The notes: generated from the letters alone by a model not told the origin. 64,000 nt of DNA from an uncultured Candidatus Berkelbacteria bacterium (GCA_903851235.1 CAINNR010000032.1:25-64024), one strand, 5' to 3'; numbered from the stretch's first letter, positions 39,745 to 47,540 are shown. A program made the numbers and translations.

Positions 39745-41175
39745 CTATGCCGAGGTGGCATGGGAATTGATCGTGTCATAGAGATTGTCGACCTTGCACT
39801 TGAAGAGGCCGGGGTCCTCTGTTAGTATCCACATCAGCTCAAGTACAGAGTCATGGATCTCCTCGCACTTGAAATGAGGCGAACGCAGGTCTCTCGTGGT
39901 CTGATAGTTCTCTCCTCGACAGTTGCCGGCACAGATATACCTGATATCGCAAGCCGCGCATTTTGGATTCATACTATCGATGTTCAGACTGCGAAGATCC
40001 GTCAGAATGGGGGATCCCTTCCAGATCTCAGCCAAACTATCGGTTTTCAGATTGCCCAGGCAGAAATCGGGGACCGCAGTATCGGCGCATGGGTACAGTG
40101 TGCCGTCCGGTTTAACGTAAACCGCTCGATTCGTACCGATTCCACAGCCGAAGCTTTTGACGCCTCCTGCGATTCCCATCACTTGGTTTGCGAAGGTCGA
40201 GTACATCATCAACTGCTGAAGTCGCTGATCATCTCGTATTGCTTCGAAAACCTTCCGGTAGAAATCCGCCAAAGGGACAGCAACGAGTTGTTGCTTCGTT
40301 TCGGCGCTGTTGCCTCGGCCTACATTCATCATGTTTAAACAGTTAAGGCCTTGGACTCCAAGAGAATCGACCAACTTGAGTGTTGGTCGGACCTCATCGA
40401 TATTGCCTGCGTGAATAAACATGTTGACGGCAACTGAGATCCCTGCGTCGCACAGTGCCTTGATGTTGTTGACTGTTGTAGTGAATGTTCCCTCTCCACG
40501 GATGTATTCGTGGCTCTCAGCCCGACATCCGTCAAGGGAAATCGACATTTTCAGCCGGGGATATTTCGCCAGTTGTTTGATATCTGCTGGCGCCAACAGA
40601 GTCGCATTGGTGTTCACTTGAGCGAAATAGCCATGGTTGTGAACATATTCAATCAGATCCATGGCATCGGGGCGGGTAAACAGCTCACCGCCGGTTAGGG
40701 CAACGCGCGATATGCCGTTTTCCCAGGGCATACTCGAAAGTTGATCGATAACTGCTTTGATTTCGACAGAAGTCATCTCGCCGGGGATCTTCTCTTTGGC
40801 CATGGCATAACACATTGCGCATTCCATGTTGCAGAGTTGAGTTGTGGCGATAACCAAGACATTTTCGACTTCATTGACTTGGAAATCCGGCTTATTCTCT
40901 TCGACATCAACCTTCTCACCATCTACTACCAGCACTCCAGCGGAGTGCAGCAGATCGATAGTTTCAGCGACGATGTCGCCAGCCTCCTCTGCTGAGAGTC
41001 CCAATTGGGTTCTGATCTTAGTGACAGCCACATCAGAGTTTCCACAAGCCAACGACTCAAGGATGAGGGCAATCTCCGCCGTTGCAGAGAACCAGTAGGG
41101 TGCTGAGGGAAAGATCACGACTGCTGATTCTTCCCTGAAATAGACCGATGGTTTTTCGGTGAATGCCAACTGCAT
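39745..41175 (-). CDS. Cassette 4: radical SAM enzyme with a C-terminal SPASM domain and a ~110-aa N-terminal extension (a possible RiPP recognition element). Likely a peptide-modifying maturase. GC-rich.
   Basis: 'CNMECAMC' (CxxxCxxC) and C-terminal 'CAACDIRYICAGNCRGENY'. RBS GGGAGA lies before ATG at 41175. Confidence 0.8.
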   Translation of the reverse strand: MQLAFTEKPSVYFREESAVVIFPSAPYWFSATAEIALILESLACGNSDVAVTKIRTQLGLSAEEAGDIVAETIDLLHSAGVLVVDGEKVDVEENKPDFQVNEVENVLVIATTQLCNMECAMCYAMAKEKIPGEMTSVEIKAVIDQLSSMPWENGISRVALTGGELFTRPDAMDLIEYVHNHGYFAQVNTNATLLAPADIKQLAKYPRLKMSISLDGCRAESHEYIRGEGTFTTTVNNIKALCDAGISVAVNMFIHAGNIDEVRPTLKLVDSLGVQGLNCLNMMNVGRGNSAETKQQLVAVPLADFYRKVFEAIRDDQRLQQLMMYSTFANQVMGIAGGVKSFGCGIGTNRAVYVKPDGTLYPCADTAVPDFCLGNLKTDSLAEIWKGSPILTDLRSLNIDSMNPKCAACDIRYICAGNCRGENYQTTRDLRSPHFKCEEIHDSVLELMWILTEDPGLFKCKVDNLYDTINSHATSA

Positions 41176-41198
41176 TTCGGTCTCCCTTCAAAAAAGAT

Positions 41199-41226
41199 CA
41201 GTGAGGCGCGCTCGCGCGCCTCACTG
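41199..41226 (-). terminator. Attenuator/terminator hairpin between the precursor peptide gene and the maturase.
   Basis: Perfect 12-bp stem cagtgaggcgcg-cgag-cgcgcctcactg followed by a U-tract on the minus strand. Confidence 0.6.
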
Positions 41227-41239
41227 TTGTTACGTGGAG

Positions 41240-41332
41240 CTACTGGCCCCGGTAGTACATCGTCCCTTGTGACTCCTTAGTCAAGACGACGATACGACGA
41301 TTGCCACGGTTCAAAATCCGAAACTTCCGCAT
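41240..41332 (-). CDS. 30-aa candidate RiPP precursor peptide (MRKFRILNRGNRRIVVLTKESQGTMYYRGQ). It is not in the supplied ORF track.
   Basis: A strong SD (AGGAGGagcgtcATG) and a TTGACA promoter on the minus strand at ~41408. It lies directly upstream of the radical-SAM/SPASM gene and is separated from it by an attenuator hairpin. Confidence 0.55.
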   Translation of the reverse strand: MRKFRILNRGNRRIVVLTKESQGTMYYRGQ

Positions 41333-41478
41333 GACGCTCCTCCTGTCAGATGGTGTAAGCTGTCGAAACAGCTTCACTATTATTATTAACATACTTTTTT
41401 TACTTTTGTCAACAGCATCGAGTAAATCTGATAACTTTATGAGGATATTTTTATTAATTTTTATGCTAAAATTTGATT

Positions 41479-42153
41479 ATGAATTGGAAAATTTATAAAA
41501 CACAACATTATACTTTTCACTACTTCTCAGGAACTTTGGCAGAAAAGGAAATTGAGAAAATAGCGGATGAACAGGAAGCGTTTTATCGTCATATTTTGTC
41601 GTAACTAAATTTGAAAAATGAGCGTACCATAAACTATTTTTTATATCCAGCGAATCAACTAAAGGGTGAAATAATGGGCGATGATGGTAATGGCAATACT
41701 AATCGAGAAAAATTTGAAGTCTACGCTGTCTACAATGAAAATATAAAATGTATTGGTGCGCATGAAGATACTCATCTCCTATCTCTTCCATTGGGATTGG
41801 CAACTAAACTATTTCGAGAAGGCCTGGCAGAGTTTATGAGTAAAGAATGACATGGAAAAACTCATGATTTTTGGGCTAAAAAATTTCTGAGTGAAAAAAA
41901 GATTCCTGGACTAGCGAAAATTTTAGATGATAAAGAGGGGGATAAAATCAGCGACTTAATTTCTTATCCTTGCGCCGGCTCTTTTTACATATTTTTAATA
42001 TCTAAAATTGGTAAAGGTATTTTTTTAAAACTTTATGGAGCCCTAGACCGAAATATAAATGTTGAAATAAACTTAGTAACAATTAAAGATATCACAAGTA
42101 AATCTTTAGACCAGTGGCAAAAAGAATGGGCAGAAAAAGTGTTGTACCAGTAA
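41479..42153 (+). pseudogene. Cassette 5: decayed gene. One continuous frame is interrupted by TAA (41602-41604) and TGA (41848-41850).
   Basis: My translation reads MNWKIYKTQHYTFHYFSGTLAEKEIEKIADEQEAFYRHILS*LNLKNERTINYF...AEFMSKE*HGKTHDFWAKKF...KVLYQ* in a single frame. No boundary element separates it from cassette 4. Confidence 0.5.
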
Positions 42154-42200
42154 AATATCTGCCTCTTGTTCATCAACTAGTCCAACCTTAGGGAGCCATA

Positions 42201-42297
42201 CAAAAAGTTCTAACTTCCCCCGCTGTGTTCCGCCATTGAAAAAGTCTCTCTGGAAGAGATTATTTTTGTATACGGCAGACTGGATATAGAACTTTTG
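42201..42297 (+). repeat. Boundary element E5.
   Basis: caaaaagttctaacttcccccgctgtgttccgccattgaaaaagtctctctggaagagattatttttgtatacggcagactggatatagaacttttg. Confidence 0.8.
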
Positions 42298-42414
42298 TTT
42301 TTAAACGTAAAACTTCGGATTGGATTTGAAACGAAATGTATGGGCTATTGTCCAAGAGGTCGTCATCATGTACAGATGTTTGACAAAACTGTTGATTGCC
42401 AATAGACTTAGACT

Positions 42415-42756
42415 ATGAAAACAATCGAAGACAAAATAAGTATCAAAGATTTGCAGGAGATGGCAGAAAAGATGTTCGGCAATTTGGTTAAAGCGGTAAT
42501 TGACATAGAGAAAGAGGCGATGGTCGTTGACGCCGAGCTTTATTCAGACGAGGAAGCGGTTCTAATTGAAAACGGATCAAAACAAAAAGATCTTTGGGGA
42601 ATAAATATCTATCCAAATTTACCCAAAGCCGACCAAATTGAATTTGATTCAATGATTAATTTGCGACCAAAACAGAACAACAGAAGCCGGAGTGTTGATG
42701 ATCCAAAAATCAGAGAAATAATACTAAAAATTTGTGATAAATTAATCAAACAATGA
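42415..42756 (+). CDS. Cassette 6a: hypothetical protein, first gene of a two-gene cassette; leaderless.
   Basis: 113 aa. TTGACA-17-TAGACT promoter with the ATG six nt after the -10. Confidence 0.5.
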   Translation: MKTIEDKISIKDLQEMAEKMFGNLVKAVIDIEKEAMVVDAELYSDEEAVLIENGSKQKDLWGINIYPNLPKADQIEFDSMINLRPKQNNRSRSVDDPKIREIILKICDKLIKQ

Positions 42757-43082
42757 CATATGAACATCAAAATTTGGCCGAAGGCAAGTGGAATAAAATT
42801 CCATTTTTTGAGCAGATGGCTAATATCGGAAGTGAGGTTTTTCGCACAATCAGTTGGAAGAAAAAAAACATTGATTATTCAAATAAAGCTTTTGACAGAA
42901 CTCTCGAACTACTGGATATGACGATTGAAGATTCTAAAAATCGAGGACGACTAAAAGAATTAGTTCGTTTGCGTGAAGTCCTGACCGATTATTTTGTCTT
43001 TGACAATGAGTACAAATCAAATGATGAATTATGGCAGAAGTATTTTTACGCGTTCAATTATGTCGCTAGAATAAATTGTTAG
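42753..43082 (+). CDS. Cassette 6b: hypothetical protein, start overlapping 6a (ATGA).
   Basis: 109 aa, translationally coupled to 6a. Confidence 0.5.
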   Translation: MTYEHQNLAEGKWNKIPFFEQMANIGSEVFRTISWKKKNIDYSNKAFDRTLELLDMTIEDSKNRGRLKELVRLREVLTDYFVFDNEYKSNDELWQKYFYAFNYVARINC

Positions 43083-43083
43083 A

Positions 43084-43150
43084 CAAAAAGTTCTAAATTT
43101 AATCGGCGCTCTAAATCTCCGCCAATGAAAAAGTTAGTCCAGTGCTAGTT
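43084..43150 (+). repeat. Degenerate boundary element E6 (left half only).
   Basis: aaaaagttctaaatt...cgctctaaatctccgccaatgaaaaagttagtccagtgctagttttttt. Confidence 0.5.
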
Positions 43151-43216
43151 TTTTTGCGTACTAAAATAGTATATTCTAATTATCTTTTAGCAAATTGTCC
43201 CTGTCCAAAGTGGTAT

Positions 43217-43888
43217 TGTAGATATATGAAATTATTTTTATCACTAGCTCTGATTGCTTTGCTAACAATAGCTGTCTATTTTTGTTTAACCAAAAAACCT
43301 AGCGATAAAAAATACAATAATATATCCAGAAAAAAAGCTATTATGATATCCGCAACAATATGCATTATTCTGGTTGGAACACTGGCTTATTTAATGTATA
43401 AATCGGCGACAGCTCCAGATATGCAATGTACTACAGTTCACACAACTTCACTGATGCCACCAAAGTCTCTGGCTAGTGCTATGGATTATTACCTTCAGGG
43501 CAATTATGATTATGAAACCGGAAATTGTCAGAAAGCGATTGTTAATTTTAATGCCTCAATTCAACTTGATCCGAATTATCCACAAGCATATAACAACCGG
43601 GCATACACTTTTATGCGAATGCAAAATTATAAAGACGCATTATCAGATCTAGACAAAGCCATTGCCCTCAATCCAAATTATATCAACGCCTTAATGAACA
43701 GGGGCGACATTCACAATTATTACTATGCGATTGATCGCAAAAGCTCGACTGAGGACTACGAAAAAGTAATTTCCCTGGGCGGTGAAAAAGATACAAGCGT
43801 GTGTGGACATCTACTTTTGGCGAAACATGATGGCTGGAATTTGGGCACTCTTTTAGCTCTTCACCAAACTTTGTACAGTTGCAATTAA
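43217..43888 (+). CDS. Cassette 7: membrane-anchored TPR-repeat protein.
   Basis: N-terminal TM (MKLFLSLALIALLTIAVYF), then tandem TPRs (AIVNFNASIQLDPNYPQAYNNRAYTFMRMQNYKDALSDLDKAIALNPNYINALMNRG). Confidence 0.65.
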   Translation, partial: CRYMKLFLSLALIALLTIAVYFCLTKKPSDKKYNNISRKKAIMISATICIILVGTLAYLMYKSATAPDMQCTTVHTTSLMPPKSLASAMDYYLQGNYDYETGNCQKAIVNFNASIQLDPNYPQAYNNRAYTFMRMQNYKDALSDLDKAIALNPNYINALMNRGDIHNYYYAIDRKSSTEDYEKVISLGGEKDTSVCGHLLLAKHDGWNLGTLLALHQTLYSCN

Positions 43889-43911
43889 CTTGTGCACTCA
43901 TCATAAAATAA

Positions 43912-44060
43912 ACTGGTTCTGACATCATCCGCTATACCTCGCCATTTTGCCCGGGTCTAGCGGAGGGCGTTAGAACCGGAGGAATAATCGCTTTCAGAGC
44001 GGTTATTTTTGTTTTTACAAGTACAAAATTATTTCACAAAATAGATGTTAGAACTAAAAA
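43912..44060 (+). repeat. Boundary element E7: an extended form with two right-IR copies.
   Basis: ggttctgacatcatccgctatacctcgccatttt...gcgttagaacc...aatcgctttcagagcggttattttt...atagatgttagaact. Confidence 0.7.
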
Positions 44061-44094
44061 AGTGTTTCCGAGCTCTTGAATCATTGCGCGGCTG

Positions 44095-44123
44095 TTGACA
44101 TGTGAATGTATTTATGATAAACT
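44095..44123 (+). promoter_or_regulatory. Promoter of cassette 8.
   Basis: TTGACA, 17 nt, TAAACT. Confidence 0.45.
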
Positions 44124-44161
44124 AATTGAAGTTTTCACCAACCCAGAAAGAGTGATGCCAC

Positions 44162-44503
44162 ATGATGTTGCTCCAGATTGTCGGCATGCCAAAGGACGCA
44201 CCCGAACTGGATTGCCTGAGGAAGAGGATAGCTGAGACAATGGCCCCTGTTCTTGAACAGGATCTGCTGGTTACCTTCGTGTGCGACATGGAACCAGTTG
44301 AGGTATGCGCTGGACTGTTGTTCAGACTGGAGCCATTTGGTGAAATGACACAAAAGCTCGAGCAAGATGCTGCCGGTCTGTCGGAGCCTCTTGGTGAGCT
44401 TATCCAGGGGTATGCCAAGCAACATGGACATCAGTTCTGTTGTCCGTTCGAGATCACATATGTTCATCCCAAGACTCAGTATGTTTTGGGGGTGAATGGG
44501 TGA
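44162..44503 (+). CDS. Cassette 8: GC-rich hypothetical protein (a weak MIF/tautomerase-like N-terminal pattern).
   Basis: 113 aa. GC content clearly above the host. A terminator gcccc-ttgatc-ggggc-ctttttt follows. Confidence 0.45.
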   Translation: MMLLQIVGMPKDAPELDCLRKRIAETMAPVLEQDLLVTFVCDMEPVEVCAGLLFRLEPFGEMTQKLEQDAAGLSEPLGELIQGYAKQHGHQFCCPFEITYVHPKTQYVLGVNG

Positions 44504-44574
44504 CCAGTCACCAATTCTGCTTCTTTCACACTCGCCCCTTGATCGGGGCCTTTTTTAATTCAAATTTCCATTAC

Positions 44575-44672
44575 CAGAGTTCTATCATTGTTCGCTATTT
44601 CTCGCCATTGAAAATAGTCGCTTCCAGAGCGTCTGTTTTGCATCCGGCAGACCGGACGTAGAGCTTTTTTTA
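44575..44672 (+). repeat. Boundary element E8.
   Basis: cagagttctatcattgttcgctatttctcgccattgaaaatagtcgcttccagagcgtctgttttgcatccggcagaccggacgtagagcttttttt. Confidence 0.8.
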
Positions 44673-44709
44673 AATGTAAAGCTTCGAATTAGAATTTTTC
44701 ACAGCAGTA

Positions 44710-44738
44710 TTGACTTTTGAGTCTGAATATGATATTAT
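44710..44738 (+). promoter_or_regulatory. Promoter of cassette 9, followed by a ~185-nt structured leader.
   Basis: TTGACT, 17 nt, TATTAT. The leader contains several hairpins and a strong SD (aaGGAGGcgtttaggATG). Confidence 0.5.
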
Positions 44739-44929
44739 ATAGTAATCTCAGAATAAGCTGATGGGTATCGAATTTCTGGCGTAAATTAAGACAAATATAG
44801 GCACGAGAGTCTTTAAAACTTGTTTTTTAGAGATTCTCCCGCCTGTATAGGCGGCTATCACATAGCTGGGGTACTTTCATCCTCTACCCCTGAAGCCTAG
44901 AGCTTAAAGCTACAAAGGAGGCGTTTAGG

Positions 44930-45460
44930 ATGAACGCCAGCAAAGTGATTAGAATGCAGTTGACCAAAAGAAGGCTTCCGGCCGTGTGGGAGCGCGGCGG
45001 TTACACTGGCATCAGTATTGACAGTGAGCCAGTGGGTATTGGGATCGTCTGGGCTAACCCGGATGGTATGCCCTATCGCCCATATTTCATTCAGGACACC
45101 GAACCGAACGACCAGCAGGCATTGGTTCCTGTCGAGAACGGGAGCTGGATGGTCGTTGCGAGACAGTGGCATCCTGGTAGATTCAACTATGAGGTCTGCC
45201 AGGTTACCGATGTTCGCACCGATCCAGACTCGTACGGCTTGTCTTTGAGTGAAGTGTTTCAGATGACCGATGGTGAGCCAGACTATCAGTGGCGTCATGA
45301 ATGGCTCAGCTGTTGGTCTCAACAGAAGTCGCACGGCCACCCTCAATCCGTGATCTCAGCCGTACCCATCACACTGAAGGCGGCTATCGACGCCGCCCTG
45401 GCCAAATGCCAGTGCCCGGGTTGCAGGGAAGCACACTATGTGCTGCCTCGCAAGAAGTAG
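44930..45460 (+). CDS. Cassette 9: GC-rich hypothetical protein.
   Basis: 176 aa with a strong SD and no family recognised. Confidence 0.55.
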   Translation: MNASKVIRMQLTKRRLPAVWERGGYTGISIDSEPVGIGIVWANPDGMPYRPYFIQDTEPNDQQALVPVENGSWMVVARQWHPGRFNYEVCQVTDVRTDPDSYGLSLSEVFQMTDGEPDYQWRHEWLSCWSQQKSHGHPQSVISAVPITLKAAIDAALAKCQCPGCREAHYVLPRKK

Positions 45461-45498
45461 CAACAACAAGGAGGACGGACATCAGTTGTTCGTCTTCC

Positions 45499-45549
45499 CC
45501 CTCAACACATTAAGTGTTCTGATGAGTCGTTGAAATTACGACGAAAGGG
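45499..45549 (+). ncRNA. Hammerhead ribozyme (type III, open helix III), copy 1.
   Basis: CCCU-C|AACAC-auuaa-GUGUU-CUGAUGA-G-UCG-uugaaauua-CGA-C-GAAA-GGG. All core nucleotides are present. Helix I is a 5-bp hairpin, helix II is 4 bp closed by the conserved G10.1-C11.1 pair, and helix III is CCCU/AGGG. The predicted cleavage is after C at 45503. Confidence 0.75.
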
Positions 45550-45554
45550 ATAAA

Positions 45555-45653
45555 CAAAATAGTTCTAACTCCCTTCGCTATGCTCCGCCATTAAAAATAG
45601 TCGCTCTAGAAGCGATTATTTTTCTATGTGATAGACAGGATGTAAAACTTTTG
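45555..45653 (+). repeat. Boundary element E9.
   Basis: caaaatagttctaactcccttcgctatgctccgccattaaaaatagtcgctctagaagcgattatttttctatgtgatagacaggatgtaaaacttttg. Confidence 0.8.
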
Positions 45654-45685
45654 TATTCTTAAGCAATTAAAATATAATGTAACTA

Positions 45686-45714
45686 TTGACATTTTATAAC
45701 TTTCTTGCTATAAC
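45686..45714 (+). promoter_or_regulatory. Promoter of cassette 10.
   Basis: aactaTTGACA, 17 nt, TATAAC. An SD (AGGGAGG) then precedes the GTG start. Confidence 0.5.
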
Positions 45715-45750
45715 TATTATACATTCTGAGAATACAAGGGAGGTCATCAC

Positions 45751-46077
45751 GTGACCAGTCAGGAAATACGAGATGCATTGACCGGCGTCGTCGCGGGCAC
45801 CAAGCTACGCCTTACCTTCAACGCTGGGAGTGGCAAGAAGGGCTTTCTCGATGGTGAGACCAAGGCGGCAGTCTGCTACTTCGTAATGATGAAGGACGCG
45901 AACATCATCTTTCCGGACGAGATGGACTGGGCCGTGATGTACGCCGTCGGGTTGTCAGGGTATTGGGATCACGATTCGAACCGCATTGTCGAGGTTCTGA
46001 TCCCAGAGGGTTTCAATCTCGACTGGTTCTCCCAGCGTCTCGAAGGCGGGTTGGAGAAGCTCGAAGTCATCGGATGA
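45751..46077 (+). CDS. Cassette 10: GC-rich hypothetical protein.
   Basis: 108 aa, GTG start. The terminator caccacctagc...ggctggtggtttttgtttt (46104-46140) belongs to the same family as the one after cassette 16. Confidence 0.5.
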   Translation: MTSQEIRDALTGVVAGTKLRLTFNAGSGKKGFLDGETKAAVCYFVMMKDANIIFPDEMDWAVMYAVGLSGYWDHDSNRIVEVLIPEGFNLDWFSQRLEGGLEKLEVIG

Positions 46078-46160
46078 GTTACTCCGACGACAGGTGTAAA
46101 GATCACCACCTAGCTGTAACAGGCTGGTGGTTTTTGTTTTAGACAGCGAAATTCTTGAAA

Positions 46161-46232
46161 CAAAATGTTCCAACTTCCTCTGCTGTCTACTGCCAATAAA
46201 TTAGTCTCTGATAGAGAGTCTTTTTTTGTGTA
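46161..46232 (+). repeat. Degenerate boundary element E10.
   Basis: aaatgttccaacttcctctgctgtctactgccaataaattagtctctgatagagagtctttttttgtgtact. Confidence 0.5.
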
Positions 46233-46283
46233 CTATTGGTTCCACTTGGTCTATAAATCGACTTTGTATGGTAGAATGAAGCC

Positions 46284-46745
46284 ATGAGAATGATAATTAT
46301 ATATCAATCATTTCACCACAAGAACACAGAAAAAGTGGTAAATGCAGTAGCCCCAATTCTTAATTGTGAAGCAATCCCGCTCTCAAAAGCGAAACCTGAA
46401 ATATTAGCCGATTATGACGTTATAGGTTTTGCCAGCGGAGTTTATTATGCAAAGCCGCATGTTGGATTCGAGAAGCTAATTGCCAAAAACAACTTTCAAG
46501 GGAAAATGTGTTTTATCATCGCTACAAGCGGTGGACCTGATACTTTCTATAATAAATTCCATGACAATTTTAGAAAAACTTTTACAGACGCTGGATTTGA
46601 GATAATCGACTTTTTTCAATGCCTCGGTTTTGATACCTATCCTGCGATTTCAAAGCCTTTTGGTGGTTTTGCCAAAGGACACCCCAATAAAGACGACCTT
46701 GAAACGGCGAGATTATGGGCAAAAAAACTAATTGACAAGATATAG
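46284..46745 (+). CDS. Cassette 11: flavodoxin-like fold protein (flavodoxin/NAD(P)H-FMN reductase-like); leaderless.
   Basis: 'MRMIIIYQSFHHKNTEKVVNAVA...DVIGFASGVYYAKP'. A -10 TAGAAT sits six nt before the ATG. Confidence 0.6.
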   Translation: MRMIIIYQSFHHKNTEKVVNAVAPILNCEAIPLSKAKPEILADYDVIGFASGVYYAKPHVGFEKLIAKNNFQGKMCFIIATSGGPDTFYNKFHDNFRKTFTDAGFEIIDFFQCLGFDTYPAISKPFGGFAKGHPNKDDLETARLWAKKLIDKI

Positions 46746-46837
46746 AGCTGCAACTTATATCAGGACTACGGAATTGTTTTGAAATCAAATTAATCAGAAC
46801 GTTCAAAGAAGGTCTTGGCTCCATATTGTTGATAATC

Positions 46838-46905
46838 CAGTTCTAACATTGTTTGCTGTTCCCCGTCAACGAAAACAGTCGCTACCAGAGCGACTGTTTT
46901 TAATT
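46838..46905 (+). repeat. Boundary element E11 (left IR, mimic, perfect 7-bp terminator hairpin).
   Basis: ccagttctaacattgtttgctgttccccgtcaacgaaaacAGTCGCTaccagAGCGACTgtttttaatt. Confidence 0.7.
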
Positions 46906-46956
46906 TAAGCCGGGAAATTTTTACTAAAAAACGCAAAAGATCTTGCCACTTTACTT

Positions 46957-47328
46957 CTACTTCTTCGCCTTTGACTGGTTGTTGCTTATGGCTGCGCGAA
47001 CAAGAGCCGCAATCTTTCCTTCTTGTACCTGATCACTTTCAGAAAAATCAATAGCCCGCCACTTATTACCAGCCAGTCCGGCGTTGAAGAGTTTGTCAGT
47101 ATCACTAATTGCCGCACCGTCCGGAAAAACAAGCTTCACTTTATTTTTAAAAATATTTCCGACACAAATAATCCCGCCCAACGACCAGATTGGTGACCCC
47201 ATCCATTTCCAGTCTTCAATAATTTTAGGGTCAACAGTGAGAATAATCTTGCGAAGTTTAGCCAGTGTGGCGCCGCGCCAGTCGTGATTCTTTGCGATCA
47301 AATTGTCAATTTCTTCACTTGGATTCAT
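46957..47328 (-). CDS. Cassette 12 (reverse orientation): DUF1801 (YdhG-like) domain protein.
   Basis: The start is set at the Met preceded by GGAGGcggcc (MNPSEEIDNLIAKNHDW...). The track's 47370 start is 14 codons further up. Size and 'W..GSPIW' pattern fit DUF1801. Confidence 0.55.
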   Translation of the reverse strand: MNPSEEIDNLIAKNHDWRGATLAKLRKIILTVDPKIIEDWKWMGSPIWSLGGIICVGNIFKNKVKLVFPDGAAISDTDKLFNAGLAGNKWRAIDFSESDQVQEGKIAALVRAAISNNQSKAKK

Positions 47329-47452
47329 GGCCGCCTCCATATGTTTCCATGTTGTTTGGGTTAAATTCATTCATCTTACTCCTCGTATTAATCTATCTTA
47401 AAACTATCACATTTGATATTTAGGCACAAGCTTCTATTAAACTATTATTAAA

Positions 47453-47540
47453 ACAAAAAGTTCTAACATCCTCCACTATCTGACACCGAATGCCCGAGTC
47501 TAGTGGAGTATATAAATGCTACGAGCGGATATCTTTGTTT
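47453..47540 (+). repeat. Boundary element E12 (partly degenerate).
   Basis: caaaaagttctaacatcctccactatctgacaccgaatgcccgagtctagtggag...cggatatctttgttttt. Confidence 0.6.

Noticed and set aside
41301-41498. Plus-strand 65-aa ORF overlapping the RiPP precursor region.
   Set aside because: It has a TTG start, no RBS and a low-complexity AT-rich product. The minus-strand 30-codon ORF has a strong SD, a promoter and a functional context.
41848-41850. In-frame TGA inside a continuous ORF, suggesting alternative genetic code 25 (UGA=Gly), as in some CPR lineages.
   Set aside because: All conserved genes (dnaK, ppdK, ruvB, queA and others) are full length under the standard code. TGA plausibly terminates the DUF218 gene and the last cassette. 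The same frame also contains an in-frame TAA. It is therefore better explained as a pseudogene.
45510-45560. An alternative hammerhead topology with helix III formed by GGGA pairing with a downstream UCCC.
   Set aside because: The downstream pairing partner is not conserved in copies 2 and 3. The upstream CCCU/AGGG helix III with a hairpin helix I is conserved in all three copies and gives the canonical CUC|A cleavage site.
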